A stretch of DNA of 32,000 bases, taken from the NCBI GenBank assembly GCA_002794465.1, contig MTSL01000065.1, forward strand, positions 80,450 through 112,449, read 5' to 3'. The DNA is from Paramicrosporidium saccamoebae KSL3. Taxonomy: Eukaryota; Fungi; Cryptomycota. Shown piece by piece: positions 19,402-29,083 of this stretch. The translations under genes and the position numbers were made by a program. Below the pieces are notes generated by a model, which saw only the letters and a program-made list of their open reading frames with translations, was not told the DNA's origin and ran no database searches. Position 1 is the stretch's first letter, and the number at the start of each line of letters is the position of its first letter.

Positions 19402-22061
19402 ATGCCCCTTCGTACATTCCCGCACTACGCGCTTCTTCCAGAAGTATCTACCCAGAAACCTGACGACATCAACTTGCGATTTCTGGCCAAAGCATCGGCG
19501 GCCGTCGCAATAGCGCAGATAAACTGCACTCCGCCGTTGCTGAGACTCATGGAGGTGCTCCAGGATGGATTTGCTGATGGCTGTTCCGTGACCTTGTTGG
19601 ACCATCACGTTAGGCCGAGTACTGTAAAGATACCTCCAAACATTGTGGATGTGCTCGTACAAACAATGGCACATGATCCCGGGATGTTGGACAAGGAGTT
19701 GATGCTGGTTGATCATTCTTCGTCAGTCTTCTACTTGACATTGCCCATGGATGACATTCCTGGGCTGACTGGGAGTCACAAGATGATCCTGTGGAGGCAC
19801 GAACGCATTTTTTCTGCAGATGATGTCACAGCAGCCAAGCTCATGCTTCAAATGTTTAGGGCACCATTTCAAGCAGCAGCCAGTGGAGCTGTGGTTGCCA
19901 GCCGGAGTAGATTCAGAGATACCCTTCACGACGGCGAGTTACTGATGGCTACTCTGGATGCGATTCCGGATATTGTTATCGTTTGCAACTGTGAAGGGAA
20001 TGTCCTTGAAAGGAATGCCGCTGCTTTGAAATGTTGGGGTTTGGTCAAAATCAAGGACCCTGACGGTAGCCATTTTCAAAATTATCTAAAGCTTGTGTGC
20101 CATCCTGATGACCTGCAATGCACAAATGAAGTCTGGACGGAGGCTTCCCATGGGGAACTTTCGAAAAAGCTTCGCTGTCGGATCCTAGTACGCAGTTTGT
20201 GTGAGCAACTAAATGGGTAGGTTGGAAATGACAAATATCACAAGCACCTGATGCGATTTCTGCCCATACAGGCAGAAAGACAGAGTATCGTCTGGGCAGT
20301 TGTCTGCACAGACCTGGAAGTGGGCGAAACCAGCGACGAAGTACGATCTATGGCGGCCATGAAGAGTCGATTTCTTGCTGAAATCTCGCATGAAATTAGA
20401 ACCCCACTGGCTTGTGTTTTGGGCACCTCTACTTTGTTGTCACATACCACTCTGAGCTCAGACCAACAGGAGCTTCTGAGAACAATCACACTATCTTCGC
20501 AGCAGTTGTCAAACTTGATTAGCAACGTCCTCGACTTGAGCCGCATTGAAGAGAACAAGTTAATCTTGGAGAGAGTGCCCATAATGCTGGAAAAGTGCAT
20601 TTCCGAAGTTATGGAGTTGTTTAGAGCCAATCTTGTTCGCATGAAGATGGATCACATCATTGAGCTGAATCCTTCAGTGCCCAAGTGGATAATATCCGAC
20701 GAACTACGTCTTCGTCAGGTTTTGACAAATCTCCTTGGTAACGCTATCAAGTTTTCCGAACCCAGCACAGCCGTATCTGTCAAAGTTCGAGGAGTGGAAA
20801 AAGATGGACTACCCTACATTGAATTCTCTGTTCAAGATGAAGGGCTAGGAATCGCCGAGACGGCGGGGAAAAAGTTGTTTCAAAGCTTTAATCAGGTGGA
20901 TGCATCGACTACAAGAAAGTATGGTGGATCAGGGTTGGGACTCGTTATAAGCAAGGTTACTTACTATGCCATTCACCTACTAGATTTTTTAGAAGCTTGT
21001 GGAAATTCTTGGCGGATCGATTGGGTTTACCAGCGAATTTGGCAAAGTAAGCGATCCTTGGATTAGATCAATGGTAGGGCTCAATCTTTTACTTTACGAT
21101 CCCGCAGGAAGCAATTAGCAATGTGCCCGAGATTAGCATAGAGTCGGCAACTGGGTTCCAAACATTGGAAGAGAAATTAACCGAACTTCGACAGACGGAT
21201 TTTCAACTACCATGGAGGGTTTGCATTAGTTTTAGGCACCCGCGATTGAATCATCATTTGGCGGACCTTGTTAAGGAGCTGCCAAATGTCGCGCTCGCTG
21301 CCACTCCGGATTTTGAAGATTGCAGACTCATATTGATGACTGATGATGCTGAGCTGGCCCAGGAAGCTCTTCGCAAAGGAAAGTGTCTCGGTGTTTGCTT
21401 TGCAGGTTATGAGCTTGCGCAAAGTTTGAACAATCCAAAGATCTACTTTGTACGGAAGCCCGCTAGCGATATCGCCTTCTTGAATTCTATCGAGTCACTT
21501 TTGCAGCGAGGGGCCGGGACCATCGCGGCAAATGCAAAATTGACCTCTTCGCGAGTAATGGGGATGACGCCCATTGCAGAGCACTATCCGCTTCGTATCC
21601 TGATAGCCGAAGATGATTCCCTGAGTCAGCAGGTACCAAAACTGTCAAACGATTTGTCAACTGGTAGCTCTTGGTGAGGATTCTGGAAAAGCTTGGCTAC
21701 AATAACATTTCTAGAGCCAATGACGGAGAAGAGGCTGTATCATTAGTTCTGGATAATCCGGATAATGTGCCGCAACTTGTTCTAATGGACATGCAAATGC
21801 CCGTATGTCAAAGCGATCGTCCCTGATGCATAGGTCTTGGATGGCTGCAGTGCAAGTCAAGCGATCCGGCAAGTAAATAGCACAACACATATCGTGGCAA
21901 TGACAGCCAATGCATTTACTGAAGATCGCGATACTTGCATGCGGGCCGGCATGTGTGACTATGCTTCAAAGCCTGTCAAGCTGGAGGCACTTGTGGACAT
22001 TCTAAAGAGATCCCACGAGGTCGTAGAGAAGCGTATTTCATGCAGATGTAATCGACTGTGA
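19402..22061 (+). CDS. Hybrid sensor histidine kinase (GAF-like, PAS, HisKA, HATPase, pseudo-receiver, receiver), 5 introns, about 830 aa
   Basis: H-box KSRFLAEISHEIRTPL (His codon 20389-20391), N-box DELRLRQVLTNLLGNAIKF, G1 VQDEGLGI, F-box LFQSFNQVD, G2 YGGSGLGLVISK. Receiver LIAEDD...LMDMQMP (Asp 21788-21790)...MTANA...SKPV. Introns at 20188-20220, 20956-20992, 21047-21077 and two in the receiver. Confidence 0.95.
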
Positions 22062-22166
22062 CTTGCCAAATAAAGAAACTTTCCGTGTCGAGAATCTTTG
22101 TAACAAACTTCCGAGCTACTTTTTTGTATCTTGTGATCTACGACCGGGCATCTTAGTAATAAGCTC

Positions 22167-24788
22167 ATGATCCGTAACTTGCCACTAAAGCTCGACAACG
22201 ACAGACTCCGCACATGCGACAGATTTTTGCACGAAGTGTACAAGGCCTTAAAGTTCCCAGAGAGGCCCGAAGAGCCTGCCATGTTGCGCTTCTTTGCCGT
22301 CATTCGAACATGCTTTGCTGATGGATGTGCTCTCGTGGCCTGTGATGAAACAGGACGAGCTACCAATTGGACGGGAGACACTCGCCTGACAGAATGGATT
22401 AACAATGTCGCTGCGCAGGCATGTAAGAGTACCTTTGTTCAAGAGCCAGTGCCGGGTTATGATGCAGCGAGGCAGACGTGCTATCTTGCAGTCCCGATTC
22501 CTTTGCAGGCCCGCGGCGCCATCTCTAGTTACATAATCCTGTGGCGCTCAGGAAAGCTGTTTACCACCGAGGACATGGTGGTCATCAAAGTGACTGTTGC
22601 AATGTACTTGGGACAGGCCAGCACTGAGCGCCCCTATACAGACCTGAATCGGACCATATTCACGCCAGACGATTCTGAGGCTTTGGCTATGGAAACGCAG
22701 CTCAAGAATGCTCTAGACGCCATCCACGACACGATTATCATTTGTGGGAGCAAGGGAGAGATCATTTGGTGCAACCGCCTAGCTAGAGCAACTCTGGAAA
22801 TGGGCGGATCAATGACTTCAACAGCATGTGATTTTGGATGGCTAATAAGCCTTATTCACGCCGATGATGTGCACATTGCCTCAGAGAAGATTGAGCATGC
22901 CTGCAATTGTCATGGAACAGTTTCTTTTTCGGCGAGATTTCCGACGGGATCGCGTCGTTATCAGCTGTTTGAGTGCCAAATTACTCCATGCTTGAGGCCT
23001 GCAAATATCATCAGAAGCTGGATTTTTACTGCATGGCAGGCTGACCGCTTTCTCCTTCCCCATGGAGAAACAAGACTTTCGGAGCAAGGATTGGCTTCGC
23101 TAGTGCAAAATCTTCGAGTTCCACTAGGAACCTGCAAAATGACGCTTGAAAATCTAAACTCGATGGAACTCCCTAGTGACATTCGAAGTCAGCTGGAGAT
23201 TCTTCAACAGGCCTGTCTCCAGCTCTACATCAACGTATCCAGTGCCTTTGTAATGACTGAAAGGCCAGAGCAGGAGTTTGTGGCAAAATACTCCACCATG
23301 TGTCTTGAAGAGTACATTGATTCAATAATCCGCCTGCGTGGTCCCGAACTTATTGAGAGAGACACAGAGGTGCTGTTGACGGTGGACCCGAATCTGCCCA
23401 AGGTGCTCTACACTGATGAATTGCGTTTTAAGCAGATTATCCTCAGCATCTTCAGCATGGGCTTGAGGGAAGGCCCTCGGAAATCGGCACTAATCTTGCG
23501 TTTGACCAAGGAATTGTCGCCCAAGGGCTCCAATTTGCAGATTGAAGTAAACTGCCCAAGAACGCCTCGTCTAGAGGAAAGCCATCACATGTCGTTAACA
23601 TTTGATTTGGACCTTGTCATCATAGAGGTAACGGATTATTAGGAATTGATCTAACAACGCTAGAAATTGACAAATCTCCTTTGTGGTTCCGTAAGGACAG
23701 AGGCTATTGAGGAGAAGCAGGTACAGGACGACATGGTCGTTTCATGGTTGTAGTTTTTAAAACTGCAGGTCCAATTGCCAATTCTAGACTGCCGCGAGAG
23801 TACCGCATGTGAATACAGGACTCGCCAAGTCGAACTTCAAGCACTGGGCGCATACATCCGATCGCTCGCTTCGTCTCGACCCATTTTTGTCCAGTGTTGT
23901 GCCGAATGCAAAGAACTAAGAGAACAACTTGCGACCACTTTTGGCTCGGTGTTGGGCTTGAGCATCGTTGACAGGTCGTTGGAGGAGACTCGTTTGGTAG
24001 TGGGGGCCATCAATGTGTGTATTGTAAACACTTTTGACAAGCATCTCACTAAATGGCTCGAAAAGCAACCGCCTGAACCGGCAACAAATGTTCGCTTTAT
24101 CCTACTCCGTGGCTTGTCCGAAACGCCGCCACCTGGGATAATGTATACAATTCTTTCAAGACCTGTGCTGGACATTTCCATTATTCGCGCCGTCCATGAG
24201 GCTATTATACGAAGTACTTTGGCCGTGGTCACGGACAATCCTGTCAGTCCTGAAAAGTCGACATTGAAGGAGGAGATTGTTGCCAAAAGTCTGGCTACCA
24301 ACCTTGCCACTGGACATCCAATGCGCATAATGGTGGTGGAGGACAGTTTTCTAAATCAACAGGTACTGGTAAAGACACTCAACAAACTTGGATATCTAGA
24401 TGTCGTCAAAGCAGCCGATGGGCAAGACGGTTTGGATCAATTTGTCAAAGAATTTCAAGGCGCCAACCCCATCGAGCTTATATTCATGGACATGCAAATG
24501 CCCATTCTCGACGGCTGTGGTTCTAGCATCAAGATTCGTGAATACGTTCGCAGCAACATGCCCGTTTCCAGAAAAAATGGCCCACACATTGTCGCCATGA
24601 CTGCCAACTCGTTTAGCGAAGATCGTCAGGCTTGCTTGGCGGCGGGCATGTGCTGTTTTGCAGGGAAACCTGTGCAGTGGGAGCGACTGGAACAGCTGAT
24701 CGTGGAGGCATATGACTCTTTGACCGCCAAGCGGGCCTGCACATGCCATAATGTGGCGATTACAAAGCCTGAAAGGAAAGCAATTTAA
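22167..24788 (+). CDS. Hybrid pseudo-histidine kinase paralog (degenerate HisKA/HATPase, intact receiver), 2 introns, about 850 aa
   Basis: Same domain order as the upstream gene, but the H-box reads ASLVQNLRVPLG (Gln at 23106-23108 where His should be), the N-box reads DELRFKQIILSIFSMGLR, G1/F are absent and G2 reads TFDLDLVIIE. Receiver VVEDS...FMDMQMP (Asp 24489-24491)...MTANS...GKPV is intact. Introns 23628-23663 and 23721-23753 join ORFs 22167 and 23775 in frame. Confidence 0.88.
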
Positions 24789-24797
24789 TAAAGTAGA

Positions 24798-25215
24798 CTA
24801 GCGAGAATTGAGATGGTAGGCCAGGAGACCGAATGCTATCGCGCCACCCAGAGCTATTGGAATCCTACAAAATGTACGTTTCACAAATACTAGTACCAGA
24901 CACTATTCACTGATGGCGACAAGCATGGCTCGCATCTCTCCTCTCCATCCACATAGGTGCCAACTAGATATTGAGATAGCATGTCCCGGGCAAAGTCAGA
25001 ATGACCAATATCATCAAAGGCAATGGTGGCGTTCATGCCTGTTATCAGAACAGCGACCGAAAGGTACCTGCTTGCTCCAGCAATACCTCAGGTCCGCCGG
25101 GATGATTCTGCACAAACTCTGTCACGTCATATACTTTTCCGTGTATAGCCACCCACAAGTCAGTAGGACTACGATGTTCCTCAAGTTCTGCAAGTGTTAC
25201 GCACTTGGAGCTCAT
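24798..25215 (-). CDS. CYB5: Cytochrome b5 with C-terminal membrane anchor, 2 introns, 118 aa
   Basis: [44 protein letters not shown] (both heme-ligand His: HPGG and GHS), then hydrophobic WIPIALGGAIAFGLLAY. Confidence 0.92.
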
Positions 25216-25396
25216 ATGTACTCGACTCAAAATTAATATCTGTTAGACAGGTTCCATTTATGATTGGTGGTCCCAATCCAGAAGGCTATCCCGCAAGATA
25301 TGCTCACTATATTAAGAATAATAACGACCTATAGAAAAGGCACCACGAGCTTTGATAAACAACTCTAGTTCTTCAACAATATCTTTGTTTGACGAC

Positions 25397-25401
25397 AAAA
25401 A
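25397..25401 (-). terminator. RNA polymerase III terminator (T5) downstream of tRNA-Leu
   Basis: TTTTT on the minus strand, 4 nt after the tRNA discriminator base. Confidence 0.7.
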
Positions 25402-25405
25402 GAAT

Positions 25406-25487
25406 TGATCAGAGTGGGGTTCGAACCCACGCCTCCGAAGAGATGGCGGCCTTAACGCCACGCCTTAGACCGCTCGGCCATCTGACC
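25406..25487 (-). tRNA. tRNA-Leu, anticodon AAG, intronless, no encoded CCA
   Basis: GGTCAGATGGCCGAGCGGTCTAAGGCGTGGCGTTAAGGCCGCCATCTCTTCGGAGGCGTGGGTTCGAACCCCACTCTGATCA: acceptor stem, A box, TGGCG/CGCCA anticodon stem with loop TT-AAG-GC, long variable arm, GGTTCGAACCC T-arm; 82 nt. Confidence 0.96.
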
Positions 25488-25522
25488 TACGAGACGTTGA
25501 TACTTTTATAATACATGATTTA

Positions 25523-26119
25523 TTAGAAATAGACAGTTTCCAGTTTGCGTCCAAGGAAGATGACAAATGAGCTACACGCGGTAAATCCTGCCAGGACGTT
25601 GTAGAATATACCTTAGGGTAATGAGGGTGATAGAGGCTGGCAGGCCCCAGGCAAGACCATACCACCCCAGAACGCTATACTTGATACATCCCATTAACTG
25701 AACAGATTTAAATCACAGGTTAGATCCTACCACAGCGATAGCAACAGCAGTGACCGAGGCAATGGACACGGCAAAGACAAAAAACCTTGCCATACCGATA
25801 TTACTATTGGTAAAGAAATCCATGTCCGAGTCGGTCACCACTGCACGGTCCGTCAGCACATTCAGACTAGAGTGTCAACGTGGCTTGGGTGAGTACCAAA
25901 GAAAACACGAGAATGCGAGTAGTAGTGGTAGGAGTGAGAGTGCATCGTATTGATAGGCTCCATCCTTGGTCAAAGTTGTCACGCCGAAAATGTACGCCCA
26001 AATGCCAGCGGCAAACTATAATGTTCCCATACGCACGCAAAATGTACCAGAATGCCGGCGGTGTAAAAGACGACCTGTGTTCGGTCAATATGCTCGCGTA
26101 GATAGGTTAGCCAATTCAT
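25523..26119 (-). CDS. VPS68: Vps68/TMEM50 (UPF0220) family four-TM endosomal protein, 4 introns, 153 aa
   Basis: Spliced: ...VVFYTAGILFAAGIWAYIFG...LSLLPLLLAFSCFLCLNVLTD...ARFFVFAVSIASV...KY...SSFVIFLGRKLETVYF. The topology and the AG.LF..G.W, ARxxLF and KY motifs fit the family. Introns are 32, 30, 33 and 40 nt. Absent from the ORF track. Confidence 0.7.
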
Positions 26120-26216
26120 GCTACAAGGATTAGCTGCGCCAGCAATTTATGGCCCCGAGGGCCCCAGAGTTCCCAATGCGGCTATACGAAGGCTACTGAG
26201 AGAGACATTTATTTTG

Positions 26217-27449
26217 TTAGACATTACGTTCAGCATTGTTTGGGGCGGCTTTGGGGGTGTCTGATTTAGTCCCCTCCTTCTCTTCGGTGCGTGCAACCGA
26301 AGGAGACGGCTCGGCGCTGGGTGCGGGATGTGCAGGTTCATCCTGGATGGATAGGATGTTGGTAAAATTTTGTCGACAAAGCGGGCACTTTCCATCGCCA
26401 TCTGTTAGTGCGCCGGCGCAGAGGTAGCAGATGCACATGTGGCGACAAGGCAAGAAGAGAGTGTCGCGGACATTACTGAGGCAGATGACACAATCCGCCC
26501 GCTCCGTGTCGACTCTAGGCCTGCTTGAATAATCTCCGATGCTTTCCACCCGCTCCCTCCCGACCTTAGGTCCGCCTGCATAAACTCTGATGCTATCTGC
26601 TCGCTCGACCTTGGCCTTGTCTATGTCAATTCTGATACAGTCATCCTGCTCTGCTTTGTCAGTGGTCTCGTTGATATCTATTTTGACATGGCTGCCATTT
26701 GGCGCATCCCTCATCGGAGCCTGTGTAGCTTCGCCCGTGTCGGGATATTGCCCGTAAATATCGAGTATCTCAAATTCTCGATTATTGAACTGCAGGGTTT
26801 GGGTGGTGACTGAGATATCCAGGGCGCCGTCCGTGCCAACGGGTCTTATTTCCAGACGCGATTTTTGGATCGGCGTCTGATCAGTGATTGGTTTCCCAGC
26901 GGGACTACAAACAACGCAATAGGCCACGGCAGAGGTGGGAAAGGTTTTCATGGTAATCTTGAGTTCTACAACAACGTTAATACCAGGCCTATCGACCTTT
27001 TTAGAATCGACAAGTTTGTTCTTTAGTGCAGTCGTTAGCTTCACTGTCGTGGCTTCAGTGCAATCCAAGACGATGCTGAGCTGATAGGATTTCTTCAACT
27101 CGATCGGTTCAATCTTGATCAATTCGCGATCAAGAGAAGCCGTGAGCCTGATCGGTTTTAAGGTAATGGTCTGCGCAGATGCGCCGGTATGGATGTTAGC
27201 TTCGCGGCGAGTATTCGGACTGACTGGCACCTCAGTAGGCTGATTGGGATATGGGAACGCATTCCAACCACTTCGGCTGGTACGAAGCGACCCGGTGGGC
27301 ACGGAGGCTGATCCTCCCGGTTGCGTCGTGGATAGCAAGTTTTCAGAGGATCGCAATTGTCCGTCAACGATTTGTTCCATTTGGATAGTCTCCGACATGC
27401 TGGTGCTACCGTTTACTCTCCGTGTTTGCTCTGCCAGAATGGTAACCAT
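26217..27449 (-). CDS. MGRN1/RNF157/LOG2-like RING-HC E3 ubiquitin ligase
   Basis: AFPYP...TLKPIRLTASLDRELIKIEP...YQLSIVLD (DAR2-like), QTLQFNNREFEILDIYG, and RING-HC CVICLSNVRDTLFLPCRHMCICYLCAGAL...CPLCR. First ATG at 27449; no introns. Confidence 0.78.
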   Translation of the reverse strand: MVTILAEQTRRVNGSTSMSETIQMEQIVDGQLRSSENLLSTTQPGGSASVPTGSLRTSRSGWNAFPYPNQPTEVPVSPNTRREANIHTGASAQTITLKPIRLTASLDRELIKIEPIELKKSYQLSIVLDCTEATTVKLTTALKNKLVDSKKVDRPGINVVVELKITMKTFPTSAVAYCVVCSPAGKPITDQTPIQKSRLEIRPVGTDGALDISVTTQTLQFNNREFEILDIYGQYPDTGEATQAPMRDAPNGSHVKIDINETTDKAEQDDCIRIDIDKAKVERADSIRVYAGGPKVGRERVESIGDYSSRPRVDTERADCVICLSNVRDTLFLPCRHMCICYLCAGALTDGDGKCPLCRQNFTNILSIQDEPAHPAPSAEPSPSVARTEEKEGTKSDTPKAAPNNAERNV

Positions 27450-27518
27450 GGAGCTTCCCCTATATAGGTATCTTTTGGGCAAAATCCAATCAGCATTTCG
27501 TGGAATTTTATTCGTCGT

Positions 27519-29067
27519 CTATTCTCGTCGGTGAAGATAGACTTTGGGTCTGTATAAAATTTGACATGGGAGAGTGAAACGTCTTTTTTTAATCCAACCA
27601 GCCAAGTCACATCTAATTGAATCAAATCCCAACCAGTTCCCCACAAGACTAAAACCTCCAACCTTTGACTGATTCGTGAGCACATGGGTGTAGTTTTTGT
27701 AGTCGTCCGCTGATAGTCCTTCAGTCTTGTCAAACCTATCACGGTTATTGATATTTGCAATTTAGTGTACACCCAGTCCTGTCGGTATTGCAGAAATCGG
27801 GAAATGCCCGACATTGCTGTTGACTCGTCAATATGTATCACGACTGGTGTATCTATGATTCGCTGGGCGTCCAAAATCGCGACTGCTCCAGGATAGTTTC
27901 CCCTTGAGATGTACACCTTTGAGGTGGTCACAAAGATTGTACTAGTTAGTATGCACACAATCGCCGCGCGTCCAATCCACCGGACAAGTCTCAGAGGTGA
28001 ACCTGTGGCCCGGCTGAGGAGACGTGCCGCAGCAGTATTTAGCACGGGGATCACATGGAATATGAATCGCAGTTCCTTATGCGGTAGGAGTGACATTGCT
28101 CCGGTGAATGCCAGGAATGGCAAACACAAATAGCGCATTGGTCTGTCCACTGCGCAGATTGCGACGGCAAAAGGATAGGCTAGAAGCATGGTGCCGGGCA
28201 GTCCCACTTTCCAGTACCAATTCCAAGGACTAACGCCCCATTCAGAGCTCTTGTTGAGAATCGCGTTAAAGTAGAATACCGAGAGCTCTGGCCATGATAA
28301 TTTCTGCCAGAAGTAGCTGTCAATCGGCACAACGACAAGTACACAGGCGCTGCCTATGATGGCGAGAACGAGACTGTAACGAACGAATCCCATTAAGCTT
28401 TTAGCGGTGAAGAGCCCAATTAACAATGAAAGGAGCGCCATCTCAAATCGGAACGCCACAGAACAAATCGCCAGCAGGGCAATAGAGATCCTATCTTTAC
28501 CTCTGCCCATGGCCCCCATAGCAGCCATCACCAAATTGAATGCAAAAAGATTTGGCAGAAAACGTCCGGAGTAAAACATTAAATGGAACTGGGAGCAAGT
28601 GATAAGCACTGATAGTATCCATGTCGAATCGCCAAACCGCCCCCTAATTCCCCGGAAAAAGTATACCATAGAGCTGCAAGTAACCATTGCTAGGATATAA
28701 CGAACTGCCCTACATCAATGTAGAGTTAAAGGAATTACCAAAGAGCAGCATGTCAGTTGGGCTGGGGACGAGCCATTTAAAGGGATATGCAAGTAATGAT
28801 ATCAATATTGCGCCAAGGAAGGTCCTAGGGACCACGCCTGGAAATTCCAAATGGTCAAACTACACTAGGTCATCTCCGCATGAGGTGTACTTTGGAAATG
28901 TCGGGGAAGTAATACAACAGGTCATGCAGAGCTTGCATATTAAATGATTCTTCTACCTTGGTAAACGGGCACAGCCAGACATGAAAGATAGCCACCGTGC
29001 ACAATAGAATCCAATCCCAATATTTCCAGATTGGCAATATAGGGGGCGAAGACCGGGTTGCCAGCAT
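27519..29067 (-). CDS. ALG12: Dol-P-Man:Man7GlcNAc2-PP-Dol alpha-1,6-mannosyltransferase Alg12 (GT22), 3 introns
   Basis: [64 protein letters not shown]...[49 protein letters not shown]. An alternative ATG lies at 29085. Confidence 0.93.
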
Positions 29068-29083
29068 GCCGAACGTCCAGGCC

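Noticed and set aside
27449-27521. ALG12's final exon is in frame with the MGRN1-like ORF across a single TAG (possible readthrough fusion)
   Set aside because: Only 23 stop-free codons in one of three frames, which has roughly a 1-in-10 chance probability, and there is no biological rationale for the fusion.
27413-27780. C-terminal extension of ORF 27413..28687 overlapping the MGRN1-like gene
   Set aside because: It is an artefact of reading through a 35-nt intron. The spliced frame restores the conserved FDKTE...YTH motif and stops at 27519.
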